Positions 11,711-22,081 of a stretch of DNA of 64,000 nucleotides are shown here, piece by piece. Where the stretch lies: positions 2,016,001 through 2,080,000 of the forward strand of contig OY970340.1 in NCBI GenBank assembly GCA_963717465.1. Reading direction: 5' to 3'. The position numbers were made by a program, and so were the translations under genes. The stretch comes from Candidatus Bathyarchaeota archaeon (GTDB lineage Archaea > Thermoproteota > Bathyarchaeia > Bathyarchaeales > Bathycorpusculaceae). The notes beneath the pieces are model-generated. The model had not been told where the DNA came from, made no database searches, and saw only the letters and a program-made list of their open reading frames with translations. The number at the start of each line of letters is the position of its first letter. The stretch's first letter is position 1.

Positions 11711-11844
11711 ACTTTAGTTTCTTCCCTCTTTTTTTAATTATCCTTAAGTCAGGAATGTATTTACTTTCTTAAGCCTTCTTGTTTTCTCCATTTCAATGAA
11801 TATTTTTAAAAAAAAATAAGAGTTAATTTTAGTGTGCGGTCGGT

Positions 11845-12432
11845 TTATGCGTATTTTTTATCGTAGTCACAGTACCAGCGTTGATATTGGTCGATAAACC
11901 TCATTGGTCTTCCACATGTAGGGCAATTTTGCGCATTCCCTGGAGGCGGTGGAGGTGGCGGTGATGGCGTTCGCTGAATTTTTTCCATATTAAAGAAGCT
12001 TGGTAGCTGGTATGATGACTCTTCAAGTGAACCTTCAACATAGCCGCCTAATGCCATAAAGATAAATGCGAAAACGACTTCAAGTATCCATGCGATGAAA
12101 AAGTTCCCGGCAAGATTGGTGATTGCAATGGAGTCTACAATTGCGCTTATGAGTGTAATGATCGTGTATACTGTTGCTGTGAATATTCCAGCGCTAAGTC
12201 CCGCCATCTTTTTGTTATCGCTCATCTGGTGAAATCTGAAGTTAAGATATGATGCTGCGAAGGCTGCTGGAATGAATAAGAACAGCCCGCTAACCACGAC
12301 CACTGCTACAAACGGTCCCCAAGCTGCTGCTTCAGCTAATGGCTTTGCAGCAGCGTTAACGTAGAGTGCGAGTGCTAAGCCTACGAAAGCTGCGGCGAGA
12401 TAGTCATGTAGGTAACCTTCCTTGTTGCTCAT
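11845..12432 (-). CDS. 4-TM membrane protein with poly-Pro linker and C-terminal zinc ribbon
   Basis: Four hydrophobic segments, PPPPPPP, CPTCG..RWYC. Confidence 0.75.
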   Translation of the reverse strand: MSNKEGYLHDYLAAAFVGLALALYVNAAAKPLAEAAAWGPFVAVVVVSGLFLFIPAAFAASYLNFRFHQMSDNKKMAGLSAGIFTATVYTIITLISAIVDSIAITNLAGNFFIAWILEVVFAFIFMALGGYVEGSLEESSYQLPSFFNMEKIQRTPSPPPPPPPGNAQNCPTCGRPMRFIDQYQRWYCDYDKKYA

Positions 12433-12712
12433 TGATTATTTCTCCTTTGTTTAAATTAAAGCCAAACTTTTGTTGATTAGATATTTAAGACTTCGCATCA
12501 AACATGAGAGCGCATGAATGGCAAACTAGTAGGAAAATTAGTTTACGCAAAGAATAATCAAGCCTGCGGCTGACACTTTCAGTTGACTTAAAATTGGCTT
12601 TTAAGCTGCTAAAGTGTTCCTCTGAAATCTCAAATTTTACGTGTTTGTACTTCTTAAAAAATTAGAATACAAAAAAAATTTTCGATAATCTGCTGAAGAA
12701 GTTATTCAGCAG

Positions 12713-12949
12713 TTATATGGGTGATAGAACTATGGATGTTTCAGTGCGAGTCACGTTTGGGTCTTTTTCTATTATTTTGTAAACTACTTGATTAATTTGT
12801 TCAAGCGTTGGGGCTTCTAAAATAACGATTGCGTCGTATCGACCGAATATCGCGTCGGCCGTGATTGTTTCTTTTACTTTTTCTTTGAATCTTTTGACAA
12901 CATCCAGTGATGTTCCCGGTTTGGTGCTCAAGAGTATGTATGCTTTCAT
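12713..12949 (-). CDS. Stand-alone Lrp/AsnC ligand-binding (RAM) domain protein
   Basis: MKAYIL..FGRYDAIV..TRTETSIV; 78 aa, no HTH. Confidence 0.85.
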   Translation of the reverse strand: MKAYILLSTKPGTSLDVVKRFKEKVKETITADAIFGRYDAIVILEAPTLEQINQVVYKIIEKDPNVTRTETSIVLSPI

Positions 12950-13118
12950 TTTTTTTACCTCTGCTGTTCTGAATTAAGATAGAATGGTGCTATTCCATAT
13001 AAATTTTCCGATAGATTTTCGACGACTGTTTAACTTTTAAGAAATATTATGAACAAATCACAATCATATTTATATTATGCTGGGCAAATAATTAATTATA
13101 AACTGGTAAGGTGAAAAT

Positions 13119-13217
13119 ATGTTTGGAATAATCGATGCAGCTTCAATAGCTACGATCTTCGTGTCACTTGCCATAGCTATTTACGGCATTAGGGTTGAAC
13201 TCAGAACTAAACCATAA
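13119..13217 (+). CDS. Small single-TM peptide (32 aa, MFGIIDAASIATIFVSLAIAIYGIRVELRTKP), not in ORF track
   Basis: AAGGTGA SD upstream, TATA-like TTTATATT near 13069; hydrophobic core with basic tail. Confidence 0.5.
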   Translation: MFGIIDAASIATIFVSLAIAIYGIRVELRTKP

Positions 13218-13420
13218 TGAACCAAAAATGAGGCTAATCTGCAATTCTCTTTTGCGCATTTTTAGTCTCATTATTTCAATGGTTTAGATTTTAAGATCCC
13301 ACTTTTAAAGTAATTTGGCAGATTGCTTTTCGGGTGCAAAAGGTAAGAAATAAAATGGTCAATTTTCAAGAAATCATAATTTCAAAAAGGCTACACAAAC
13401 AATTTCATGAAAGTGAAGTT

Positions 13421-13525
13421 ATGATAACTCAAAATAGCTTGACATTTGTTATCCTCTTCACAAGCGTCTTAGTAGTAACTCTCGCATATTACATAGCTAA
13501 ATACCAAAGATTTCTGAGAGATTAA
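13421..13525 (+). CDS. Small single-TM peptide (34 aa, MITQNSLTFVILFTSVLVVTLAYYIAKYQRFLRD)
   Basis: GTGA SD-like sequence upstream; hydrophobic core with basic tail. Confidence 0.4.
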   Translation: MITQNSLTFVILFTSVLVVTLAYYIAKYQRFLRD

Positions 13526-13569
13526 TCCTCAAAGCACGTTCTTCAGAATTGTCGGTTGATAAATCAGCT

Positions 13570-15252
13570 TTAATGCTTCTTATTGTGTGTTCTTTTTAGC
13601 GCATGCTTATGCTCCTTAACAGACCTGCCTGAGGGATCAGCCATTTTTGCAAAATCCTTACTCCATCTGAAAGCTGTGGGAGTAGAGCAGGCAATTGTCG
13701 GACCGATAGGGACGGTTAAAGCAGCAGCGGCGCAAGTGAAGAAGCTGTCAAATATTTGCCTGTAATAATACTCTTCTTTCGAAGTGGGCGTCTGGACTGG
13801 AAACTTTGTTGATGCTTTTGCCATCATTTCATCTGTTACTGATTTTTCGGCGTGTTGTTTCAAATAATCAATCCACCCGTAGCCGACGCCGTCGCTAAAC
13901 TGTTCTTTTTGCCGCCAAAGAATCTCGTTGGGAATGTAGCCTTCAAAGGCCTTTCGTAGAACATACTTTTCAATTTTATCGTCTGAACACATTTTCTCTT
14001 GCGGATCAAAGCTCATAGCGAAATCCAAGAACTCCTTGTCCAAAAACGGCACTCTAGTTTCAACTCCCCACGCAGCTGTCGCCTTGTTTGCTCTAAGGCA
14101 ATCGTATTTGCTTAACAAGAAGAGTTTTCGAACTGTCTCTTCGTAGAATTCCTGCTTGTTTGGCGCTTTATGAAAATAGAGATATCCGCCGAAGACCTCG
14201 TCTGCACCTTCGCCGGAAAGAACCATTTTTATGCCCATAGACTTGATTTTTCGAGCCATCAAATACATCGGCGTTGCAGCACGAACAGTTGTCACGTCAA
14301 AGGTTTCCAAGTGGTAGATGACATCGCGTATAGCGTCAAAGCCTTCCTGAATAGTGAAAATTATTTCGTGATGAACTGTTCCTATGTAGTCAGCTACTTT
14401 TTTTGCATATTTGAGGTCGGGTGAATCGGCTAAGCCAACGGCGAATGAGTGCAGGCGTGGCCACCAAGCTTCCTCTTTATCTCCTGATTCAACTCGTTTC
14501 TTTCGATATTTTGAGGCGATTGCAGCAATCAGGGAAGAATCTAGTCCGCCTGATATGAGAACGCCGTAAGGAACATCTGACATCATTTCTCCTTTTACTG
14601 ATTTCTCCAAGGCTTTTCTCAGGTCTGAGAGAATTAGTTTCTTTGTAGGAATTTTTTCTGCCCATTCAGGCTTGTACCACTTGATGAAGTCTTCGTTGCC
14701 TTTGCCGATTAAATAGTGTCCTGGCGGAAATTCTTTTATGGTTGTGCAATAGTCGTTGAGTGCTTTCATTTCGCTTGAGACATAGAATGTTCCTTTGTCA
14801 TCCCAGCCAACGTAAAGTGGAATTATGCCAATATGATCTCTAGCAACAAAAAAGTCGCCTTTTCTCTTATCATATAGAATGAATGCGAACATGCCGTTTA
14901 GCATGTTGAGGAGGTCAGGACCGTATTCATCGTAAAGGTAAAGGATTATTTCGCAGTCGGATTTTGTTTGCCACAAATGTTCCTTTTTAAGTTCGTTATG
15001 GAGAAGCACGTGGTTATAGATTTCTCCGTTTACTGCGAGAACGTTGCCGTTTTGTTTGTCAAATAAGGGTTGGGCACCATGTTCAACATCGACTATCGAA
15101 AGTCGCTCATGCGCAAGAACGGCTTTGTCGTCACTGAAAATGCCGCTCCAGTCTGGTCCTCTGTGTCGTATTTTAGTAGCCATCCGCAGAGCCTTGTCTC
15201 TTGATTGGGCTACTGGTTCCGATATGTTGAAAATTCCTGCTATTCCGCACAT
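13570..15252 (-). CDS. asnB: Asparagine synthetase B (glutamine-hydrolysing)
   Basis: N-terminal MCGI (Ntn Cys), RHRGPD, NGEIYN, SGGLDSS, SGEGADE. Confidence 0.95.
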   Translation of the reverse strand: MCGIAGIFNISEPVAQSRDKALRMATKIRHRGPDWSGIFSDDKAVLAHERLSIVDVEHGAQPLFDKQNGNVLAVNGEIYNHVLLHNELKKEHLWQTKSDCEIILYLYDEYGPDLLNMLNGMFAFILYDKRKGDFFVARDHIGIIPLYVGWDDKGTFYVSSEMKALNDYCTTIKEFPPGHYLIGKGNEDFIKWYKPEWAEKIPTKKLILSDLRKALEKSVKGEMMSDVPYGVLISGGLDSSLIAAIASKYRKKRVESGDKEEAWWPRLHSFAVGLADSPDLKYAKKVADYIGTVHHEIIFTIQEGFDAIRDVIYHLETFDVTTVRAATPMYLMARKIKSMGIKMVLSGEGADEVFGGYLYFHKAPNKQEFYEETVRKLFLLSKYDCLRANKATAAWGVETRVPFLDKEFLDFAMSFDPQEKMCSDDKIEKYVLRKAFEGYIPNEILWRQKEQFSDGVGYGWIDYLKQHAEKSVTDEMMAKASTKFPVQTPTSKEEYYYRQIFDSFFTCAAAALTVPIGPTIACSTPTAFRWSKDFAKMADPSGRSVKEHKHALKRTHNKKH

Positions 15253-15517
15253 ACCTTGTCTGAAAATGTTCAAAGAGGTATTTTAACTTAAGGGCACAAG
15301 TGTAAACAAATATTCAATTATTAATTAATATTATGAACATGTATATTCTATTCATAGTTTTTATGAACAAATCTTAAATACCTTTTTAGCTTCCAAATCA
15401 CTTCTACATTAAAAAAGACGTGATGATTAAAATGAAAATCCCTGATTCGATTAAAAAAGAGTATGAAGAAGAAATCTTATTCATAGACCATATTTGATTT
15501 TTATAGCATTTTTATAG

Positions 15518-16414
15518 CTAACTCTTGTGTAAATATTTGCTCAAGTAGTCGATCATCATCTGCCAAGCTTCTTTTGCTGCAGGAGAGTTGCTAAGAGTAA
15601 AACCATGAACAGCTTCAAAACGCTTATGGTCGACCTTTACTCCAGCAGCCTCAAGTTTATCTCTAAAATCTTCTCCTTCTTTGCACAGCGAATCTTGGCT
15701 TGCTGTGATTATCAGTGTAGGCGGGAAAGATTTTAGCTGTTCAGTAGTGGCAAAGATAGGCGAAACGAGCGGGTTTTTTGCCTCTTCTTTTGTGCAGTAG
15801 CATGCGTTAAAAAAGCGAGCCATGCTGGGTGGAATCGATTTTTTAGGCGTTGGCTTAAGATAAGGATCTGTAGCAATATCCAGAGGCGGGTAATCCAGAA
15901 TCACGCATTTAAGGCCAAGAATTTTTTTCTCTTCTTCCATCAGACAAATCGCAGCTGCCAAGTTTCCTCCTGCACTGTGTCCGCCAACAGCTATATTTTC
16001 AGGGTCAATCCCGAACTCCGAAGCATGCTCCTTCGCATACTTAACAACATCATAGCATTCGTTGAGAGCTTTAGGAAAAGGTTCCTCAGGTGCAAGAGAG
16101 TAATCAACGCTGAGAATCTTTACGTTAGCTTTTTCGGCGATATTCCTCATGAAAGGGTCATCCATTTCAGCGTCAGCCATCACAAAACCGCTTCCATGAA
16201 TATCAACAAACAAGGGCAGTTTACTTGGATTATCAAGGTTGTAAGCCAGAACCCTTACCTTTCCCCTGTCTGTATCTAAGAACATTTCTTTGCCAACACG
16301 TTTTCTTCGAAAATGTTGAATTCCAAAAATAATCGAGAGCATAAACCTGTACGTTTTAACTCGTTTTACTAATTGTGCTTTAGTGAATTCTTTTTCTTTT
16401 GGAACTTTTCCCAA
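15518..16414 (-). CDS. HSL-family esterase/lipase (alpha/beta hydrolase)
   Basis: HGSGF, VDYSLAPE, GHSAGG, D and HGF triad residues. Confidence 0.9.
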   Translation of the reverse strand: MGKVPKEKEFTKAQLVKRVKTYRFMLSIIFGIQHFRRKRVGKEMFLDTDRGKVRVLAYNLDNPSKLPLFVDIHGSGFVMADAEMDDPFMRNIAEKANVKILSVDYSLAPEEPFPKALNECYDVVKYAKEHASEFGIDPENIAVGGHSAGGNLAAAICLMEEEKKILGLKCVILDYPPLDIATDPYLKPTPKKSIPPSMARFFNACYCTKEEAKNPLVSPIFATTEQLKSFPPTLIITASQDSLCKEGEDFRDKLEAAGVKVDHKRFEAVHGFTLSNSPAAKEAWQMMIDYLSKYLHKS

Positions 16415-16548
16415 GAGATTTCACGCCTTTTTCCTAAGCAAACCTTTGCATTTAAATGCCTAGCAAAATAGCATCTTTTAAGCTTATTTATGAAAGAGGG
16501 TGATCAAAAAATAGGGGTGTTCTTCTTGGTTTAGTCAGCGTATCAATT

Positions 16549-17610
16549 TTAGTCTTCAGGAAGTGCCGGTTGTTGTTGTGTGACGCAGTGAATTGCACCG
16601 AAGCCGCATAATAAGTCAACGCAGTTTATGCCAACTACTTTTCTTTTTGGGAATAGTTTTTGGATGGTATTAAGAACATCTTTGTCTTTTTTAGATTTAA
16701 AGGTTGGAACTAGAACTGTCTTGTTGCCAATGTAGAAGTTTGTGTAGCTTGCTGGTAGCCTTTCCCCATTAAATTGAATGTTTCCTGGCATGGGTAACTT
16801 GATAACATCAAGTTTTTTGCCATCCTGATCAGTCGATTGGCAGAGCAACTCGTAATTTTTTCTTAAAACTTCGCTGTTTTCATCCTCGCCCTCTTCATAG
16901 GCGCACACAACTGTGGTAGGATTCACGAAACGTGCCACGTCATCGATGTGGCCATCCGTGTCATCGCCAGCTATGCCATTTTTCAACCAAATAATGTTTG
17001 AAACTCCCAAATAGTCCTGCAAAAACTTTTCAATATCTTCTTTCTTAAGTTGAGGATTTCTATTCTTGTTAAGCAGGCACTGCTCTGTTGTAAGTAAAGT
17101 TCCTTTACCGTTGACATCTACTGCGCCACCTTCAAGAACTATGCCCGGCTCAAAACACTTCAAAAGCATGTTTCGGTTAATAATGATAGGAATATCTGCA
17201 TCCTTCAACAATTCTGTGTATTTTTCTCCCCAAGAATTAAAAATCCAGTGCACCATTGCTATTTCATGCTTTTGATTAAGCAGAAATATTGGCCCGTAAT
17301 CGCGGAACCAGACGTCAGCATATTCAAACTGGAGAAAACGAACTTTGCTCAAATCAATGCGGCTCTGCCCGAGCAAGCTTGAAACTTTTTGATACATATC
17401 TTCGTCTTTCACGAAAAGATTGACATACTCATGCTCATGGATTGCCTTAATAATTTGGACAAAAGTACACTCAACTTTTTCAACGCCTGAAATGAAAGTG
17501 GTTGGATCATAAGGCCACGCTAGCCAGATAGCCTCATGCTTAGCCCATTCCGCAGGCATACGGTATCCTAATTCGCGAGGCGTCTTGTGAACATATTTAG
17601 TTTCATTCAT
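16549..17610 (-). CDS. aguA: Agmatine deiminase
   Basis: RMPAEW, WFRDYGP, LEGG, DDTDGHID, GAIHCVTQQ. Confidence 0.92.
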   Translation of the reverse strand: MNETKYVHKTPRELGYRMPAEWAKHEAIWLAWPYDPTTFISGVEKVECTFVQIIKAIHEHEYVNLFVKDEDMYQKVSSLLGQSRIDLSKVRFLQFEYADVWFRDYGPIFLLNQKHEIAMVHWIFNSWGEKYTELLKDADIPIIINRNMLLKCFEPGIVLEGGAVDVNGKGTLLTTEQCLLNKNRNPQLKKEDIEKFLQDYLGVSNIIWLKNGIAGDDTDGHIDDVARFVNPTTVVCAYEEGEDENSEVLRKNYELLCQSTDQDGKKLDVIKLPMPGNIQFNGERLPASYTNFYIGNKTVLVPTFKSKKDKDVLNTIQKLFPKRKVVGINCVDLLCGFGAIHCVTQQQPALPED

Positions 17611-17621
17611 TGCGATTCCCG

Positions 17622-18518
17622 CTAATGTATTTTTTCAATAAGCGACTTATAAGTATCTGGTCGTCGATTGTTAAGAAACCCCCATCCTTCTTGGATTTCT
17701 ATGTTTCTATCTAGATCAATTTTTGCGATAAGCACTTCTTCTTTGGTGTAACTTGCTTCTTTAAGCACTTTCCCAAAAGAGTCACAGACAAATGAGCCAC
17801 CCCAAAACCTCAATCGGCCCTCCACGCCAACTCTGTTCACAGCGGCAACGTGCACGCCGTTAGCTATGGCATGGGCTCGTTGCACTGTTTTCCAAGCATC
17901 ATGCCAGTCCCCATCCTTCGACTTGTAACCTTTAATGTTACCAATTGCTGTCGGGTAAAAAATGATTTCTGCACCCTTGAGTGTTAAAATTCTTGCAGCT
18001 TCAGGGAACCACTGATCATAGCAGATAAGCACTCCAACACGGGCATAATGGGTCTCAAAAATGCAGTAGCCTGTGTCACCTTCTGCAAAATAGTTCTTTT
18101 CATAAAACAATGGGTCATGCGGCAGATGCACTTTACGGTAAGACCCCAAAATTCTCCCATCTGCATCAATTACAACGGTTGAGTTGTAGTATTTTCCGTT
18201 GGAAGCCTTTTCGAACAACGGCGCTATAATGACAACCTTATTCTTTTTCGCTAGCTCTGAGAAAGCGTCTGTCGATGCGCCAGGAACTGTTTCAGCCAAT
18301 TCATGCACATCCTGCTTTTCAATCTGAGGAAAATAAGTGGTTCTGTAAAGTTCTTGAAGACAAATTATTTGAGCGCCCTGCTTTGAAGCTTCCAAGATTT
18401 TGTTTGCTGTTCTTTCCATGTTTTCTGCAATGTTAACTGTAGTGGTGGCTTGGATGAGTCCCACAGTAACAATTTTTCTTTTGCCTTCAGCAGTAAAAGA
18501 TTCTGAGTTTGCGGCCAT
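17622..18518 (-). CDS. aguB: N-carbamoylputrescine amidase (nitrilase superfamily)
   Basis: LQEL, YRKVHLP, ICYDQWFPEAAR, YPTAIG; adjacent to aguA. Confidence 0.85.
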   Translation of the reverse strand: MAANSESFTAEGKRKIVTVGLIQATTTVNIAENMERTANKILEASKQGAQIICLQELYRTTYFPQIEKQDVHELAETVPGASTDAFSELAKKNKVVIIAPLFEKASNGKYYNSTVVIDADGRILGSYRKVHLPHDPLFYEKNYFAEGDTGYCIFETHYARVGVLICYDQWFPEAARILTLKGAEIIFYPTAIGNIKGYKSKDGDWHDAWKTVQRAHAIANGVHVAAVNRVGVEGRLRFWGGSFVCDSFGKVLKEASYTKEEVLIAKIDLDRNIEIQEGWGFLNNRRPDTYKSLIEKIH

Positions 18519-18769
18519 TTTTGTTCCTTGAGGTCAACTATTAACTTATTGTTAAGTAATAACTTTTCTGAGCCGATAGAGAAAAATCAAGAAAAATATG
18601 ATTTCCAATTCTTGTGTTAGCTTATCACTTTTTGCTTAACAACTTTACAGTGCTTTTGAAGCTTGGCAAAATTTGTCTCCTAAGTTCGAATTTTTATGTA
18701 AACTAATCGAACTAGCAAGTGGAAAACAAAGACAGTGCCTGTAAAGGAACTGACTCAATAGATAATAAA

Positions 18770-19687
18770 TTAATCCTTTGAGTTAGTTTCAACCTCTCGT
18801 GTTTCCCTTGGGGCGGTTTTTACATGCATCATTTTGGGATAAACAAAGCGCACTATCAGGTATAGAACAAATACTATGCTTGTTATGAAAAAACTAACTG
18901 GGTATGGTTCGTAAAATGCGATGAAAAGCCCTAACCATGTTGCCAGCAAAGCGATGATGACAGAAACAACTATGGCTTGTCGTGGTTTCTTGGTTAATGT
19001 TTGTGCAATGGCTGCAGGCGTGACCATTAACGAGAAAATCAATAAGACGCCGACTACTTGAACTGCAATTGAGGTTGCGAACGCGACTAAAAGCATGAAA
19101 ATTATGCCTATTAAAAGCATGGGCATGCCTTTTGCCTCTGCAACATCCTCGTCCAAGGAGGTAAATAAAAGTGGTCGGTAAACGACTGCGAGTGTAATTA
19201 GAATTGGGATACTGACAGCCAGTGTAAGCAGGACATCACTTGCGCTTATGCCTAATATTTCTCCAAACAATATGGAGTATGCCTCGGTAGCATATCCAGT
19301 ATAAAGGCTGATGAATAGAACGCCTAAGCCAAGCATGAAGGCAAGAACTGTCCCAATTTGGACATCACGATTGGAAGCTTTGGGGCCAAGTATTGCTATC
19401 CCCGTTCCCCCGACGGATGTAAATAGCAAAAGACCGAAGACTGGATTGATGTTAAATAATACGGCGCCTGCTGCACCAGCAAAACCGATATGTGAAAGAG
19501 CATGCGCGGCAAACGATGATCTTCTTAAAACCACAAAGTAGCCTACGATGCCAGCCACGATAGCAATGATTGTTCCCGCTTCGAAAGCGTGTTGCATGAA
19601 TTGCCATTGAAAAATTTGTTGCAAATCGTAAATTGGATTTAAGCTAAAGCTCAAGCTATTTCTACCCCTTTTCTTTGTCATCATCAC
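18770..19687 (-). CDS. Metal ABC transporter permease (ZnuB-like)
   Basis: HALSHIGFAG, VGVLLIFSLMVTPAA. Confidence 0.9.
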   Translation of the reverse strand: MMMTKKRGRNSLSFSLNPIYDLQQIFQWQFMQHAFEAGTIIAIVAGIVGYFVVLRRSSFAAHALSHIGFAGAAGAVLFNINPVFGLLLFTSVGGTGIAILGPKASNRDVQIGTVLAFMLGLGVLFISLYTGYATEAYSILFGEILGISASDVLLTLAVSIPILITLAVVYRPLLFTSLDEDVAEAKGMPMLLIGIIFMLLVAFATSIAVQVVGVLLIFSLMVTPAAIAQTLTKKPRQAIVVSVIIALLATWLGLFIAFYEPYPVSFFITSIVFVLYLIVRFVYPKMMHVKTAPRETREVETNSKD

Positions 19688-20552
19688 AGGTCGTACATCG
19701 ATTGCTCCCTAGAGGGTCTATCCCTTTGTCCGTGTCTGCACCTGAACCGATAATGGCAATATTGCCCTTAGAGTCGTGAACGACTTCAATGGGAATTTCA
19801 TACAGAGCAGAAAGGCGCTCTGAAGTTAGAACTTCTTTTGGTTTCCCAACCGCTACTTTACCGTTAGCAATGTAAATCACGTTGTCAAGAAAAGGCAAAA
19901 GAGGATTTATGTCGTGAGCTACAAGAAAAGCCGTCACGTTTCGCTGCCGAACAACACTGTCAACGAGTTGCACCAGTTCTCTTCCGCGTCTAATATCAAG
20001 ATTAGATAACGGTTCATCAAGTAAAAGTATATTGGGATTACTCACCAATGCCTCGGCTAAAAATATTCTTTGCAATTCGCCGCCAGATAAAGCACTAAGA
20101 GACCGATGTGCTAACTCTGAAGCTCCTACGGCTTGAAGGGTGTCAAGTGCAATTTTTCGATCCTTATCAGAGAAGAGGCGCAAACCCCACTTATTACCAG
20201 AAACCGCCAGTTGCACCAATTCTATACATTCAACGCTCGCATCACTATCAATTGCATGGCGTTGAGGAACATAACCGATTTGTGGGTTGCCACGCGTAGG
20301 TCGACTATTAAATAATTTAATGTTTCCGCTAAGCGGCTGCTGCAAGCCTAGCAATAAACGAAACAAGGTTGTTTTACCTGCGCCATTAGGACCAATTACC
20401 GCAACGAACTCACCACGGTTGATTGTAAAGTTTGCATTTCGCCAAACTGTCTTGCCGGGGTAGCCTGCAGCTAAGTTGTCAGCTGTAACCGCTGGTATAC
20501 CATTAATTTGAGCTGTATCAATATTTGTACTGCTTGTTCCCAAATATATCAC
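19662..20552 (-). CDS. Metal ABC transporter ATPase (ZnuC-like)
   Basis: GPNGAGKT, IGYVPQ, LSGGELQR, LLLDEP. Confidence 0.92.
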   Translation of the reverse strand: MIYLGTSSTNIDTAQINGIPAVTADNLAAGYPGKTVWRNANFTINRGEFVAVIGPNGAGKTTLFRLLLGLQQPLSGNIKLFNSRPTRGNPQIGYVPQRHAIDSDASVECIELVQLAVSGNKWGLRLFSDKDRKIALDTLQAVGASELAHRSLSALSGGELQRIFLAEALVSNPNILLLDEPLSNLDIRRGRELVQLVDSVVRQRNVTAFLVAHDINPLLPFLDNVIYIANGKVAVGKPKEVLTSERLSALYEIPIEVVHDSKGNIAIIGSGADTDKGIDPLGSNRCTTCDDDKEKG

Positions 20553-21471
20553 TTTGTTGCTGTTGAATTTAGTGCAGCTTGTAAGGATATTAATTCCGAG
20601 TTCATCCAGTCTTGGAAATTCTCGTTGGGTGGCACTACAGTTTCTGTGATCCCGACCACTGCAACGCCATTCTGGCGAGCGATGGTTTGCATTGTAGTTG
20701 TAATAGTTGTTATAGTTTGATTGTTATAGACTAGCACTTTTACATTACCGCTTTCTAGTTGCGTTTGAAACTGTGTTATGCTTTGTGCTGACGGATCATT
20801 TCCTTCCGAAATTGCTTGCATAAAATCAGGGGGGGAAACAAGGTTAAGGTCTGTTGCGTCTGCTAAATACACGAAGATACTCTCGGTGGAAGCCACTTCT
20901 GTGCCGTTGAATTGGGCTTTGATTTGGTCGATTCGCTGGTTATAGACGCCTAGCGATTGGTTCAAAGCTGTATATTGTTGGGTGTAGTAAGAGGTGCCAT
21001 TTGGGTCGAGGGAAACAAGGTCAAGGTACATTTGATGAACGGTTATATTTACGTAAGAGGGACTATACCAGAAATGGGGGTTAGCACCTACACTTTGCCC
21101 TAGGAGGTTTGCCACGTTCAATACCTTTTGATTGGGATTGGTGTTGGCAGAAGTAAGATCTGCCATCCAATCATCATATCCAGCGCCATTCATAATTACA
21201 TAGTTAGCTGTTGCAACAGCTCGAGCATCGCCTGAATTGCTTTCGTACTCATGCGGGTCAGCATTTGGATCAGTTACAATACTCTTAACTTGGACGCGGG
21301 TTCCGCCAAGTTGTGATATAGGCTTCCCCAGAAGTTTTCGGCTGCGACTACCTGCAACCCTTTTGAGCTTGAAGTTAATGGGAGATTTTGTGATAAAAGT
21401 ACTCCTATTACTGTCGCCGCAATAATTATTGCTATCAATATTGCTACTTTGATGTAGGAACGCTGTTTCAT
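20549..21471 (-). CDS. Metal ABC substrate-binding protein (ZnuA/TroA cluster A-I); one base missing near 21318
   Basis: N-terminal anchor, VVAAENFWGS, then DPHEYE..NGAGYD..NPHFW in the shifted frame; span is 923 nt (3n+2). Confidence 0.85.
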
Positions 21472-21504
21472 GAGTGGCTCTCTGATATAAGTTTGGAAAA
21501 AGAT

Positions 21505-21534
21505 GTTATTAAATTTTGTTAATTTTTTAATAAC
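21505..21534. promoter_or_regulatory. Putative NikR-type operator TTATTA-N16-TAATAA
   Basis: Inverted repeat GTTATTAAA (21505-13) / TTTAATAAC (21526-34) between divergent SBP and NikR-family genes; same N16 spacing as E. coli GTATGA-N16-TCATAC. Confidence 0.6.
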
Positions 21535-21647
21535 TATTTAAATAAGAAAAACAGAAAAATTATTAAACAATATAAACGCTAAACACCAAAAAAACTAAAA
21601 TAAAACAAACATAACTATAAGACAGCAACACAAAAAGATGAGACCTT

Positions 21648-22058
21648 ATGAGCATCATTAGCCTCTCACTGCCAACAGAATTGCTTGAAGAACTAGATTC
21701 CATCCTTGGGGAGAAAAAAAACGCGACAAGATCAGAAGTTCTAAGGCAAGCTGTCCGAAACTACATAATCGAGTATAAAGAGCTTGACAAGCTCCACAGC
21801 AATGTCATAGCCACGATATCTGTACTTTATGAAAAGAAAGAGCAAAATGAAGAATTATTTAAGTTGCAACATGAGTTTAGTGATATGATAACTGCTTATC
21901 TTCATTCACATTTAACGGAGACTGATTGCTTAGAAGTTATGATAATTAAAGGACCTTCAAAGCGTTTAAAGAATCTAATTGATGGGTTAAAAGCTAACAA
22001 GCCAGTTAAGAAAATCAAATTCTCCATCATGCTGGCCACCGATGATGCGGAAAATTAG
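21648..22058 (+). CDS. nikR: NikR-family metal-responsive RHH regulator
   Basis: RHH N-terminus (ISLSLP..RSEVLRQAVR); QH..HSH..C ligand set. Confidence 0.8.
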   Translation: MSIISLSLPTELLEELDSILGEKKNATRSEVLRQAVRNYIIEYKELDKLHSNVIATISVLYEKKEQNEELFKLQHEFSDMITAYLHSHLTETDCLEVMIIKGPSKRLKNLIDGLKANKPVKKIKFSIMLATDDAEN

Positions 22059-22081
22059 CATGCGAGCTCAAGTAATCTTTA

